NCBI GenBank assembly: GCA_030550585.1
Contig: JAUQPB010000003.1
Coordinates: forward strand, 132,333 to 196,332
Direction of reading: 5' to 3'
Source: Thermoproteota archaeon
Lineage (GTDB): Archaea; Thermoproteota; Thermoprotei_A; Sulfolobales; Ignisphaeraceae
DNA length: 64,000 bases
The translations under genes were made by a program, and so were the position numbers. Below are positions 1-10,492 of this stretch, piece after piece. Within the stretch, counting starts at the first letter, position 1. Each line of letters starts with the position of its first letter. The notes below the pieces were generated by a model. The model made no database searches. It saw only the letters and a program-made list of their open reading frames with translations, and had not been told where the DNA came from.

Positions 1-347
1 AATATTATCATTCTAATAGACCCTCTCTCATCGATGTCAACATCATAAACTAGAAATAATCGTGCAGCGACATAGAAACGCCCATCTCTATACATGATTA
101 GACCATTTCTTTTGAGATTATTCAAATGCCTGTATATCGCTGTTCTTGAGATGCCAAGTGAAGATGCTATTTCAGCTGCCGTGGTAATGCCTCGTGCCAT
201 TAGAGACATTATTGCACATCTAATCTCATTTTTTATACAGTTCTCAAAGGTTCTATAGTTTACTAATCTAACAATATCTATCTCAGGATAATTTGATGGT
301 AGCGATAGAGATAGTATCCTTTGTGTATAATCGTGAAGAGCTTTTAT
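1..347 (-). CDS. Partial winged-helix (ArsR-like) transcriptional regulator; 3' end runs off the window, start uncertain
   Basis: Manual translation of the minus strand gives ...NEIRCAIMSLMARGITTAAEIASSLGISRTAIYRHLNNLKRNGLIMYRDGRFYV..., a typical wHTH pattern. The frame is open to about 400 and the first in-frame ATG is at 209. Not in the ORF track. Confidence 0.7.
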   Translation of the reverse strand, partial: MKALHDYTQRILSLSLPSNYPEIDIVRLVNYRTFENCIKNEIRCAIMSLMARGITTAAEIASSLGISRTAIYRHLNNLKRNGLIMYRDGRFYVAARLFLVYDVDIDERGSIRMII

Positions 348-464
348 ATTTAGCCACCCACAGTATGTTATGTTTAGAGGCCATAAATTTAAATATCTTT
401 ATACCAATCAGCAACAGGCAGATCTTGAACTAATTCCAAATTCTCGCCAAACCTTAGAAAAAAG

Positions 465-1232
465 TCATATTGGAATTCCCACATCTTTCAAAATCCTACG
501 AAAATTTTTCCATATAACCTCTCTAACAATCTCCACATCAACATTCTTGATGCTGGCAATAGTGGAAACAAGCTCGGGTATCATGCTGGGCCCCAGCAAC
601 AATCCCCTGTATCTGTAAGGCCCATCAGATTCCGTCACAATATTCTCCAATGGCGCATTTCTAATCACATCCAGATGCTTTCTCTGTATTTTTGCAGCCA
701 CATTAATTCCTATGTAGTAGCCATTATCGATAATTTCTTTTAGAAGCTCTATTGGCCCTGTGTACCAGTGAAATATGGCCACCTTTATATCGTTTTTCCT
801 TACAACCTCTAGTGCCTCCTTCCATGCATCTGGTGCATGGATAGATAAGCCCATATTATTTCTCTGAGCAATTTCAACAAATCTTGCAAATAGCTGGTAC
901 TGCACATCAAATGTGTTGGAAACGAATCTTTTATCTAACCCTATTTCGCCAAAGAATCTAACATTGCTCTTCTTTATCACATTTTCAAAGAACTCCATAT
1001 CGATACCTTCTAAGCTCTTTATATTCCATGGATGGTAACCCACAGCTGGAACAACATTTTGGCACCTCCCTGCAATCTCCACAGTTTTCACACTACTTTC
1101 AACATCATCTGAAACAGCTAGAAACACATAGTTGCCGGCGCAAAGATTTTCTATATCTTTATCATATTCATATAAATGTATATGAGAATCTACAAAAGGT
1201 ATGGACAGATCTCCTTGACCAACCATATACAT
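465..1232 (-). CDS. tatD: TatD-family deoxyribonuclease
   Basis: DSHIH, GYHPW, GEIGLD, IHA, FHW and TESDGPY motifs. Confidence 0.92.
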   Translation of the reverse strand: MYMVGQGDLSIPFVDSHIHLYEYDKDIENLCAGNYVFLAVSDDVESSVKTVEIAGRCQNVVPAVGYHPWNIKSLEGIDMEFFENVIKKSNVRFFGEIGLDKRFVSNTFDVQYQLFARFVEIAQRNNMGLSIHAPDAWKEALEVVRKNDIKVAIFHWYTGPIELLKEIIDNGYYIGINVAAKIQRKHLDVIRNAPLENIVTESDGPYRYRGLLLGPSMIPELVSTIASIKNVDVEIVREVIWKNFRRILKDVGIPI

Positions 1233-1253
1233 TATCCCCTTTGATCATGCAAA

Positions 1254-2390
1254 CTATTTCAATGCATTCTCTAAAACAAACTTTCTAATCTGATCTTGCC
1301 TGACATGTATAAACTCTGTAAAGTTTTCAAGTGGTATATAAACAAATCTATCCAGCTTATATGTTGGATGAACCCTTCCAGCTATATTGATTTTATATCC
1401 GCAAAACGGACATCTCATATCCTGCGTCAGATTGACCTCTAAAATATCAAATCCAAATCTTCTTATCAATACCCTTCCACAGCTTGGGCAATAGGTGCTC
1501 TCTAGTTTGTGTCCCGGCACATTACCTAGATAAACATATTTCAGACCCTCATCTTTTGCCGCCTGAGCATGTTTTTCAAGAATTGTAAGAGGTGTGGATG
1601 GCACATCCAAAAGTTTGTAATCTGGATGGAACTTGAGGAAATGTACAGGGGTTTCAGGACCAAGGTTCTCTACAATCCATCTAGACAGCTTTCTAGCCTT
1701 TTCAATATCATCTCCATATTTTGGCACAACAAGATCTGTTACCTCTATGAATACCCCCTTTCTCTTTAGCTCTGCCATAGCATTGAACACTGGTTCAATA
1801 TCTGGAACGAGGCTGAACTTTCTTGCAAATTCTTTATCGCCATTACCCTTTAAATCAACTGTAGCCGCATCAATAAATTTTGAGACTAAGTCTATGGTAT
1901 CATCTGTCATATAACCGTTTGTCACCATAGTGTTGAACAACCCCTGTTTCTTGGCCAAAACCCCTATGTCATAGGCATATTCTATGAAGACTACAGGCTC
2001 GTTATATGTATATGTAATCCCTTGGGCACCGTAGCTAAGCGCAAGCTCAACCGCAAGCTCTGGCTGTAGTCTCCAGCCGGCTATGACCCTTCTCTGGCTA
2101 ATATCCCAGTTCTGACAAAAGCTACAGGCCCAGCTACACCCAGTTGTGGACAGAGAGAACACCATTGAGCCAGGGTTAAAATGATAAAGAGGCTTTTTCT
2201 CTATGGGATCAACAGCAACAGCTATGGCAAGTCCGTGGGACACTAGATAGAGCTTTCCATCGAAGTTCCATCTAATTCCGCAGAATCCATATTGACCATC
2301 CCCTAATTTGCATCTTCTCGGACAAGCTGTGCATTCCACAATCTTTTTCTGGGCGTCGATAACTCTGTAAAGCATAGCTTCCTTGGGCAT
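1254..2390 (-). CDS. amrS: AmmeMemoRadiSam-system radical SAM enzyme (PFL-activase-like)
   Basis: N-terminal CxxCPxxC...C, DPIEKKPLYHF, CSWACSFCQNW, YTYNEP, C-terminal CPSC/CPFC. Confidence 0.9.
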   Translation of the reverse strand: MPKEAMLYRVIDAQKKIVECTACPRRCKLGDGQYGFCGIRWNFDGKLYLVSHGLAIAVAVDPIEKKPLYHFNPGSMVFSLSTTGCSWACSFCQNWDISQRRVIAGWRLQPELAVELALSYGAQGITYTYNEPVVFIEYAYDIGVLAKKQGLFNTMVTNGYMTDDTIDLVSKFIDAATVDLKGNGDKEFARKFSLVPDIEPVFNAMAELKRKGVFIEVTDLVVPKYGDDIEKARKLSRWIVENLGPETPVHFLKFHPDYKLLDVPSTPLTILEKHAQAAKDEGLKYVYLGNVPGHKLESTYCPSCGRVLIRRFGFDILEVNLTQDMRCPFCGYKINIAGRVHPTYKLDRFVYIPLENFTEFIHVRQDQIRKFVLENALK

Positions 2391-2495
2391 ATATCAACAC
2401 ATCTATTGATCCAACTCCTATAAAAATTTAGATAGACTAATATGCTTAGCTGATTTTTCTGAGAAGATAAAACATATTATTTTGGTTTAAAGTAG

Positions 2496-3653
2496 CTATA
2501 GAGCAGATTTCACTATATCTCTTACTATATCGGCTGTTAATGGGAATGGGGAGTTGCTATGCAGGTAGCCGAGTCTTGTTAATGTGTATTCAATTATCTT
2601 TTCTATATCCCTTTCTGTAAAACCGTAGTCGCTCAGCCTCTCACTGAATCCTACTTCTTGTTGGAACCTCTCAACAGCTTTCTGAGCTTTTTCAGCGTCT
2701 TCAGCTATGGGCTTTATTGTTGGATCTAGGATTTTCAGTATGGTGGCGGAGTACTCTGGAACAGCTTTATGTGTGTAAAAAGCTGATCTGGGTCCAAGCA
2801 ATGCAAGACCGCAGGCATGTGCTAACTTTGGCTGTAGGCCGCTGAGGGCGTGCTCTATCGCATGTATTATGTGTGTTGACCCAGAGTCTATCGCTATTCC
2901 AGCAATCATTGAGGCGTATAACAGCTTTTCTCTTAGCTCAATATTTCTTAAATCGTTAACAAGCTTTGGAAGATTTTCTGCTATTAGCGCTGTAGCCTCT
3001 TTTGCAAGAGTTTCTATGAGCAAGCTTCTAACTTTTGAGGTTGCAGATTCGTAAACATGGTAGAACGCGTCTAGCGATGTGTATATTGTCTGTCTCCTAT
3101 CGAGTGTGAGTGTATATCGAGGGTCATCTATGGAAACCTCTGGATACTTGGGGCTCAGCCCATGCTTTTCCCTAGTATCGTCAAGCGTCACCACAGCATA
3201 TCTATCAATTTCTGTTCCAGTGCCATGGGTAAGGTTTATAGCAAGAAGTGGAACACTCCTCTTAGGCTTTCTAACACCTTCCACATACTCCTTAACACTT
3301 CCACCACTTAACGCTATTACAGATGCCACCTTCGCTGTATCGATGGGGCTACCCCCGCCAATTGCTATGACAAGATCTGCTCCTTCGCTCCATATTACCT
3401 TTGCCAGCTCCTCTGCCTGGCTTGCCCACGGATTTGCAGATATATTATCGTAGATTACATAGCTTATTCCGAATTCCTTCAAAATCTTTTCAACGTCTCC
3501 CAGAGCTCCGCTGATTCTTGCTGACGTTTTTCCAGTTGCTATAACAACTTTCTCGTGTTTGGATATGAAATCCTTTGCGTTTTCTAGTGCATTAACCCCG
3601 AAATATAGTGTTGTTGAGGCATATCTTAATGTGAAGACCATAAGTATCGCCAC
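2496..3653 (-). CDS. Iron-containing alcohol dehydrogenase
   Basis: GGGSPID NAD(P)-binding motif, THGTGTE, DAFYH, HAIEH and H metal ligands. Confidence 0.92.
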   Translation of the reverse strand: MAILMVFTLRYASTTLYFGVNALENAKDFISKHEKVVIATGKTSARISGALGDVEKILKEFGISYVIYDNISANPWASQAEELAKVIWSEGADLVIAIGGGSPIDTAKVASVIALSGGSVKEYVEGVRKPKRSVPLLAINLTHGTGTEIDRYAVVTLDDTREKHGLSPKYPEVSIDDPRYTLTLDRRQTIYTSLDAFYHVYESATSKVRSLLIETLAKEATALIAENLPKLVNDLRNIELREKLLYASMIAGIAIDSGSTHIIHAIEHALSGLQPKLAHACGLALLGPRSAFYTHKAVPEYSATILKILDPTIKPIAEDAEKAQKAVERFQQEVGFSERLSDYGFTERDIEKIIEYTLTRLGYLHSNSPFPLTADIVRDIVKSAL

Positions 3654-3740
3654 AGTCTAAGAATTGTTGAATAATATATTTAAATTTTGTGTAGATGACT
3701 ATAGGCTTTTGAAGATGGTTTTGCTATAATATTTGTCTTT

Positions 3741-4196
3741 CTAGCAAGAGTTTTTTATCATTAGATAGCCATCCTCGCCATCAAGATAGTACTTCTTCAA
3801 AATTGCTTCTATTCTATATCCAAGAGATTTATAAAGATTTATCGCATTTGTATTGCTAACTCTAACCTCTAGCCGATACTTGCATATATTGAATAGAGTG
3901 CGCATAGCATTCTCTATTGTTTCCATCAATCTCTTTCCAATACCTCTCCCTCTATATCTTTGGCCAACACATATCGAGACTATGTGACCAAAACCATCAA
4001 TTCTTATCATACCTGACACATATCCTACTATGGTTTTAGTATCGCTATCCTCAGCCACAAAAAACAACTCTGGATAAAGTTCATAGAGCATTCTTAGAAC
4101 AATCTCTGGGTATGGATCTCTAAAACATTCTTTCTCTAATTCGTAAACACTTCCTATATCATTCCTCTCAGCCCTTCTAATCAATATCATTATCAA
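3741..4196 (-). CDS. rimI: RimI/Ard1-type GNAT N-acetyltransferase
   Basis: YRGRGIG acetyl-CoA motif, LEVRVSN, YYxDGED. Confidence 0.9.
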   Translation of the reverse strand: MIMILIRRAERNDIGSVYELEKECFRDPYPEIVLRMLYELYPELFFVAEDSDTKTIVGYVSGMIRIDGFGHIVSICVGQRYRGRGIGKRLMETIENAMRTLFNICKYRLEVRVSNTNAINLYKSLGYRIEAILKKYYLDGEDGYLMIKNSC

Positions 4197-5407
4197 CCAC
4201 TTAACAGAATGTATGTCGATATTCCAGTTGCAATAGCAATCACAATAACGTTTGCAATATCCAAAAGCCTCTTGTCTACAACAAGCCTTAGCCTATTCGT
4301 ATTCGGTATGATGGATGATAGAAGCACAGAGCCATCTGTAATGAAGAGTGGTATTGCATTGAACACATAGAGGCTTAGATTAACCATTACCACGAAATTA
4401 ATGTAATTCAGAATATCAACTAGCATTGGGTTGTTATAGGGAGCCCCACCTTTCAATACCACCAAGCTATTCTCCATTGACACACCTATACATGGTGTAT
4501 TATTGCCAAGCTTCTTGTTATATGCGTCCATAACCACTGAAACATTTTTGCAGATGCCATTTCTACATATAGTAAATGTTACATTATCTCCGACCTTAAG
4601 CCTCTTCAGTATATTGCTAACTTCATCGACACTTCTTATTAATGTGCCATTAATAGAGTAGAGTATATCACCTCCTCTAAGACCAATTTTTTCTGCTGGA
4701 CACACAGCATTGCTGCATATACTACAATCGACTGATGTAACAGTAACAGCTTGAGAAAATGAGATGCCGGTAAATGGCAATAATGCTATTAATGCTATGC
4801 CTATCAAAGCTATTATGGCATTTGCTAATGGGCCTGCCGAGGCTATCAACGCTTTTGTCGATGGCGATGCGCTCTTAAAGGAATCGTCGTCTAGTTCAAC
4901 AAAAGCCAATGGTATTAAAAAGGCTATTCCAATCCCCCAGCTCCTAATATCGACACCTTCTCTCAGAGCGGCAAATGCATGGGCAAGCTCGTGGAATACA
5001 GCTCCAATTGCTATGGATATCACTAGATACTTTAATATTGATGTGAATGTGAATAATATTGGAACAGGGACTGCAACAGGTTGTGGGGGATTGTTTGAGG
5101 CTCCTGCTGAGAACATGATAAAGTCCCTGATCATTCTAATAAATATTGGGACGAAAAATATGTAGAATAGAGCCATACCCACAAACATTGATAAGATCAC
5201 TGCAATTCTTATCGGTTTTATAACTGGCGACTTTCTACTGGACTTAACTTCTTTTCCGATGTAAAGCAAAAAACCTCCGAGAACGAGCTTGGCTCTTGCC
5301 GATCCTAGTCTAGCCTCTTTATCTCCAAAGAAAATGGGTAAGACAGTGAATATTATTATCCATGCTAACATTATATATAGCATTGCCTCCAATTGGAGCC
5401 CCCTCAA
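4193..5407 (-). CDS. Site-2 protease family (M50) intramembrane metalloprotease with PDZ domain
   Basis: HELAH, AGPLAN, NAIPLFITDG, PDZ-like GLRGGDILYSING, multiple TM helices. Confidence 0.9.
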   Translation of the reverse strand: MRGLQLEAMLYIMLAWIIIFTVLPIFFGDKEARLGSARAKLVLGGFLLYIGKEVKSSRKSPVIKPIRIAVILSMFVGMALFYIFFVPIFIRMIRDFIMFSAGASNNPPQPVAVPVPILFTFTSILKYLVISIAIGAVFHELAHAFAALREGVDIRSWGIGIAFLIPLAFVELDDDSFKSASPSTKALIASAGPLANAIIALIGIALIALLPFTGISFSQAVTVTSVDCSICSNAVCPAEKIGLRGGDILYSINGTLIRSVDEVSNILKRLKVGDNVTFTICRNGICKNVSVVMDAYNKKLGNNTPCIGVSMENSLVVLKGGAPYNNPMLVDILNYINFVVMVNLSLYVFNAIPLFITDGSVLLSSIIPNTNRLRLVVDKRLLDIANVIVIAIATGISTYILLSG

Positions 5408-5503
5408 ACAGCTTCAACAATGGTTAGGTATAAATTCTCCCTAGTTTTAAACACTAATTAGCTTGTTACACACATTAAATATTGTGTCAAATACGATTAA
5501 ACA

Positions 5504-6235
5504 TTGCTGTGGTCTAATGAAATGTCCTATGGTTACAGGAGAAGGGTTGTATATGATGAGAGTAGGTGGAATATTCTTAGGAAAAAGAGGTTTTCAGCAA
5601 TAAAAATATTGAAGGCCCTTTCCTCTTGTGGGATAATAAACCCTATTGTTCATGGCAGCGTTGCTAGAGGGGATGTTAATGAACACAGCGATGTTGACGT
5701 TGCTTTGCTTAGACCATATCCACCTAGTCTGCTAGAACTGTGTATTGAGAGACAGGGCTACAGCATATACAGCAAGAAAATTGTTATGCCAACGCCCATC
5801 CACACACCCAAGCTATACATCTATCTTGATCCATTCGAAGAGCTCGTCATTTCAGATCCACTTGCAGAATTGCTTCCAATTGAGGTAGAGTTTTACAAAT
5901 TTAGCGGAATGGTCGAATACAATGATCTTTTGAGAGATGTTAGAGTGGCAGGTGTTGATAAGAGACTCATGCTTATAGAGCCTGTTGAAGATGGCCATGT
6001 AGAGACCCCTGTTGTAGGTAACGAGGGCTATGTTGCAAAGAGGTTGGGGGTGTCTATGGAGGTTGTTCTTGATAGAGTAGAGGCGTTGACAAAGAGGGTT
6101 AGAGAGGGTCACACAGGTCTTTTCATCGAGTATGAGGTGCCGATCAACACAGAGACGGAGGCTTATGTAGAGGCTCTCTGCAAGGAAAATAGTCTATTTA
6201 GAGATAGGGTGAGAGACTATGGACTCTGTATATAG
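5504..6235 (+). CDS. Archaeal nucleotidyltransferase-domain protein (COG2413-like)
   Basis: HGSVARGD..SDVDV Pol-beta motif, RVAGVDKRL. Confidence 0.8.
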   Translation: MLWSNEMSYGYRRRVVYDESRWNILRKKRFSAIKILKALSSCGIINPIVHGSVARGDVNEHSDVDVALLRPYPPSLLELCIERQGYSIYSKKIVMPTPIHTPKLYIYLDPFEELVISDPLAELLPIEVEFYKFSGMVEYNDLLRDVRVAGVDKRLMLIEPVEDGHVETPVVGNEGYVAKRLGVSMEVVLDRVEALTKRVREGHTGLFIEYEVPINTETEAYVEALCKENSLFRDRVRDYGLCI

Positions 6236-7130
6236 AGTAGAGGGAAATGATGTTATTGGCTATTGGTACAGGGGGCTCTCGAGGGGCTGTAGACTTTGTA
6301 TGAAAGGATCTAAAATAGTTATATTTGTAACAGGTATTTGTGGTGTGGACTGTTACTACTGTCCAATTAGCAGAGAGCGAAGATCTTCAGAAGCTTTTTA
6401 TGTAGATGAAGAGAAAATCCATGAAATAACCACGATCATAGATGAGGCATCTTTTGTGAGAGCTGAGGGCGCATCTATAACAGGTGGCGAGCCTATGCAG
6501 AGATACGACCTCACAATCAAGATTATCCAGCTACTTAAAGACACATTTGGTCAAAGCTTCCACATGCATCTCTACACATCGGGTCTCGGTGCAACAAAAA
6601 ACGCTATAAAGTACCTCGATGTGGTGGGCCTTGATGAGATAAGGTTTCACATAGTTAACGATTCCATATGGAAACTCATCGAATATGCTGTAAAGAATAC
6701 TGCAATGGATGTTGGGATAGAGATTCCAGCTATACCCGGAAATGATGAGGAGATCTGGAGAATTGTGCTAAGAGCTGATAGAATTGGTGTTAAATTCATC
6801 AACTTGAATGAGATGGAGGTTAGCGAGACTAACCTAGATAGAATTCTGTTTAGAGGGTATAGGATAGCAGAAAATGGGAAAACGGTTGTTGGAAGTATGG
6901 AGACAGCTAAGAGAATCTTAGCTAAGGCAATACAAAACGGCATATCCATCCCAATCCATTTATGTCCAGCACAATTCAAGGACTCAATTCAGCAAAGAGC
7001 TAGAATGCTTAGAAAAGCTAGAATGTGTGCCAACATAGATGATAAGGTTACAGAGGATGGTATGATAATTAGAGGCGATGAAGAGATGGAGCCACGGTTA
7101 GATGTTTGTGCACCTCTACTTAGACATTAG
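6219..7130 (+). CDS. Radical SAM protein (COG2108-like)
   Basis: GCRLC..GSK..IFVTGICGVDCYYCP, ITGGEP, DEIRFH. Confidence 0.85.
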   Translation: MDSVYRVEGNDVIGYWYRGLSRGCRLCMKGSKIVIFVTGICGVDCYYCPISRERRSSEAFYVDEEKIHEITTIIDEASFVRAEGASITGGEPMQRYDLTIKIIQLLKDTFGQSFHMHLYTSGLGATKNAIKYLDVVGLDEIRFHIVNDSIWKLIEYAVKNTAMDVGIEIPAIPGNDEEIWRIVLRADRIGVKFINLNEMEVSETNLDRILFRGYRIAENGKTVVGSMETAKRILAKAIQNGISIPIHLCPAQFKDSIQQRARMLRKARMCANIDDKVTEDGMIIRGDEEMEPRLDVCAPLLRH

Positions 7131-7146
7131 ACCGAAGCCCATAACC

Positions 7147-7929
7147 CTACTCACATAGAAACTGTTTTATAGCATCATAATTTATCTTAACATATCTCTC
7201 CAGACTTCCAACATCATACCAAACACCTCTGTAAATATAGGCCTTTACCTTATGCCCCCTCTTAATAATCCATGGTACTAGATCGCCCATTATATCAAAT
7301 GACTTCCCCAAAGAATTTTCAACATTCTTCAGTATCTGGGACTCCAACACCATCACACCTATTGAAACATACAGGTTTAGCCACGGCTTTTCAACCAACT
7401 CTACAACATTGTCTTCATCGCCGACCCTGGCAACGCCAACAGGCACTTGATATCTGTCAGCAAGAACTACTGTAGCATCCGATTCTCTATTTCTATGAAA
7501 GGATAGTAGATCATAGATGTTAATAGGCGCTATTATATCTCCATACCAAACAAGGATCGTGTTATCCTTAAACAAACCATTTTTGAATGCTTTTAAGAGT
7601 GCACCTCCAGTCCCATGATACTCTTCATCATCTAGACTATATCTAATTGAAACTCCATGTCTAGACCCATCACCAAAATAGTTTCTTATCTGCTTCCACT
7701 TGTATCCAACAAGAAGAACAAACTCTTTTATGCCAAACCTCTTAAGCCAGCAAATTATGTGCTCCAGAAGAGGTTTTTCTTCGCAGCCAATGGGAAACAT
7801 CGGCTTGGGGACAATTTCTGTGTATGGCCTAAGCCTTGTTCCCTCACCACCAGCCAAAATGACAGCAACGACATTCTCCTGACCTATCGGATGCATAAAA
7901 ACCACTAAATAACATTGTCTACAACACAA
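7147..7929 (-). CDS. NDP-sugar synthase / sugar-1-phosphate nucleotidyltransferase
   Basis: ILAGGEGTRLRP..PKP, GTGG, YGD, EKP, WYDVGS; true start probably somewhat downstream (MHPIG). Confidence 0.88.
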   Translation of the reverse strand: MCCRQCYLVVFMHPIGQENVVAVILAGGEGTRLRPYTEIVPKPMFPIGCEEKPLLEHIICWLKRFGIKEFVLLVGYKWKQIRNYFGDGSRHGVSIRYSLDDEEYHGTGGALLKAFKNGLFKDNTILVWYGDIIAPINIYDLLSFHRNRESDATVVLADRYQVPVGVARVGDEDNVVELVEKPWLNLYVSIGVMVLESQILKNVENSLGKSFDIMGDLVPWIIKRGHKVKAYIYRGVWYDVGSLERYVKINYDAIKQFLCE

Positions 7930-8049
7930 CTATTCTTATAGTTAACGTTAACATAACTATATAAAGCTTTTGGTTATCCCAAAACATTATATTGAAGCTT
8001 TTATTCAAAGTTTTTATATCCACTCTTGAATTACTGTTAACAGCCTAGA

Positions 8050-8376
8050 ATGGTGTTTTCTTTGGGTAGCGCAAGCAGTATTATGAAGGAGATAGAGTCT
8101 GAGGCTGAGAGAATTATTGGAGAAGCTGAAGAAAGAGCTTCGAAGATAGTTGAAGAAGCTAAGAAAAAGGCTAGTGAGATTTTAGATGATACAAGCTATA
8201 TTGATGATTTGAATAAGTTTGCAAGGGAATTAGAGGAGAATGTGAATAGGGAGTATCATAATATAATTGAAGAGGCTAAGAAAAAAGCAGAAGAAATAGC
8301 TAGAGCATATAAGAAGAACATTGATGAGATTGTTAAAAATATTGTATCAAATGTCATAGGAGTTGAAATCGACTAG
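8050..8376 (+). CDS. atpH: A/V-type ATP synthase subunit H (G), peripheral stalk
   Basis: Short E/K/A-rich coiled coil, first gene of the ATPase operon. Confidence 0.75.
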   Translation: MVFSLGSASSIMKEIESEAERIIGEAEERASKIVEEAKKKASEILDDTSYIDDLNKFARELEENVNREYHNIIEEAKKKAEEIARAYKKNIDEIVKNIVSNVIGVEID

Positions 8377-8385
8377 GTATCATTC

Positions 8386-10401
8386 ATGAATATAAGATAT
8401 GTTATTCTTAGCGATCCTGATATAGCATTAAAAGCCTATGTGATTGTCCCCCGCGACTATGCTGATACGGCATTGGAAAAGATAGTGAAGCTAGGTGCTT
8501 TTGAGCCTATATCATTGGAGGAGAAGGAAAAAGCTAGAGAAATTGAAGAGTACATTGCCTTAGTTGAGAACTGCAAAAAGCTATTTGATTCAATTAACTC
8601 ATTCATAGAAAAGCCATTAACTGTAAAAATTGAGGAGATGCCAACAAGTACCAAACAAGCTCTTCAGAGTCTATATAAAAAACTCGGTAATGCGTTAGAA
8701 TTACTTAGAGAACTCGATAAGAAGAGACTTGAGAATATTAAAAAATTAAGAGAACTTGAGATGATAAGGAAATATCTCGACCAAATATCAATTATGTATA
8801 GCAACGCTGATATAAGTGTTCTAGACTATGATGGTGATCTAATTGCTGTAAAAACGTTTCTAGGCCCTAAAAACGAGATTGAGTTGTTGAAGAAGAGAGC
8901 AAGATATGTACTGGGAGAGACCGTTTTCGACGAACAAAACGCTTTGGCTACAATTGTTTTTGATTCAAACCTGTTGGAAATCATCCTAAAGGAAGTTGAG
9001 CAAAGGAATGTTAAAATTATAGAGTTTTCAAAAGTATATGGATATACCACTCTTCTAAAAGCTATTGAGGCTATTGACAAAGAGAAGTTAGATATAGAGG
9101 CGGAATTAAGAAACATTGAGAATAGAATTGACGAGATTATAAAAAGTAATGTACATGATATCGCCTTGTTGAAGACTCTTGTAGACATCGAATATGGCAA
9201 GATTGAGTTATTGAAAACAGCTTTAGAGTCAAAGTATTTGGTGTTGCTTAGTGGCTGGGTTTTAAGGTCTAGAAAGGAAGAGTTTCTAAAGGAGTTGAGC
9301 AAAGTACCATCTCAGATAATATTTGAGGACTCTCCCGAGCCTCCTGTAGAATTCAACAACTTAAAGCCGTTCAAACCTTTTGAAATGTTTACAGAGTTGA
9401 ATGGCTATCCATCGCCTAGAGAATGGGATCCGACACCCCTACTTACGTATTTTTACGGAATTTACTTCGCTCTAATGTTCCCTGACATAGGCTATGCAAT
9501 AGGGTTGCTAATAGGTTCTAAGTACATCCTACCCTACTTTGTTCAAAATCCTGAGACCCTCCAAAAGCTCAGAAGAATAGTATATGTAACAGCTTCTAGT
9601 GCCATTATCACCGGACTCCTCTCTGGAAGCTTCCTAGGCTCGCTTATAGGCCAGTACATATCTCTTGTACTGCCCCCTATCCTCCCATCTCCACCACCAA
9701 GACTTTTAGATGTCGAAGCTACAGTAAAGTATATGCTATCATCAATTAAATTGGCTTTGCTAATAGGATATATAAGCATATTAATAGCACATATAGTTGC
9801 ATTAGCAAAGGCAGCTACAAAAACACGTGATCTATGGACAGCATTATTAGAGGCTTGCATGGTTTTATTCATAATATTTGGGCCACCACTTATAACATAC
9901 AAACTTTCCTTTCTGGAAATGGATGTTGATATATTCAAATTAGGTAGGATAATACCTGTTAACATAATAGAGTATACGGTTTATGCAACATTAGCTATAT
10001 TCATACTGTCCAAGGTTAAAACATCGGGTCTTATGGGAATGTTCTTCTGGATATTTGATGTTATCGGCATCTTGGCTGATGACATGTCATTTATTAGAAT
10101 TGCTGGAATAGGTGCTGGCTCAGCTTTGCTAGCAGAAATTTTCAATTCATTTATATACTCAGCAATACAAAGTGCATTAACTATAAATATAGCTGTAGGG
10201 ATTGTAGTGGGACTTATAATGACTTTCATATTACATACATTCATACTTGGTGCCTCTGTCTTAGGTCCCTACATACATTCACTTCGATTGATAACATATG
10301 AAATGGCTACGAAATTCTATGAAGGAAGTGGAAAAAGAATTGTACCCCTAAAAATTGTGCTAAGCCCGGTAAAACTTGGGTCAACAAAAGAATTGGTTTA
10401 A
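8386..10401 (+). CDS. atpI: A/V-type ATP synthase subunit I (a)
   Basis: Soluble N-domain plus TM domain; PFEMF..GYP..EWDPTP, MFPDIGY, SFIRI (conserved Arg), HSLRL..YE. Confidence 0.92.
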   Translation: MNIRYVILSDPDIALKAYVIVPRDYADTALEKIVKLGAFEPISLEEKEKAREIEEYIALVENCKKLFDSINSFIEKPLTVKIEEMPTSTKQALQSLYKKLGNALELLRELDKKRLENIKKLRELEMIRKYLDQISIMYSNADISVLDYDGDLIAVKTFLGPKNEIELLKKRARYVLGETVFDEQNALATIVFDSNLLEIILKEVEQRNVKIIEFSKVYGYTTLLKAIEAIDKEKLDIEAELRNIENRIDEIIKSNVHDIALLKTLVDIEYGKIELLKTALESKYLVLLSGWVLRSRKEEFLKELSKVPSQIIFEDSPEPPVEFNNLKPFKPFEMFTELNGYPSPREWDPTPLLTYFYGIYFALMFPDIGYAIGLLIGSKYILPYFVQNPETLQKLRRIVYVTASSAIITGLLSGSFLGSLIGQYISLVLPPILPSPPPRLLDVEATVKYMLSSIKLALLIGYISILIAHIVALAKAATKTRDLWTALLEACMVLFIIFGPPLITYKLSFLEMDVDIFKLGRIIPVNIIEYTVYATLAIFILSKVKTSGLMGMFFWIFDVIGILADDMSFIRIAGIGAGSALLAEIFNSFIYSAIQSALTINIAVGIVVGLIMTFILHTFILGASVLGPYIHSLRLITYEMATKFYEGSGKRIVPLKIVLSPVKLGSTKELV

Positions 10402-10442
10402 ACCAAAAAACAATAGAGTAGTGATAAAGAATGATTAGATCC

Positions 10443-10456
10443 AAAAAACTTTTAAT
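10443..10456 (+). promoter_or_regulatory. Putative internal BRE/TATA promoter upstream of atpK
   Basis: AAAAAAC-TTTTAAT about 37-50 nt upstream of the atpK ATG, inside a 91-nt gap in an otherwise tightly packed operon. Confidence 0.45.
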
Positions 10457-10492
10457 CCGCACCTTTCTTCTAGACCGAGGGATTAAAGAAAG

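Noticed and set aside
1254-2390. AmmeMemoRadiSam three-gene system
   Set aside because: Only the radical SAM component is here; no AMMECR1 or Memo homolog is recognisable in the window.
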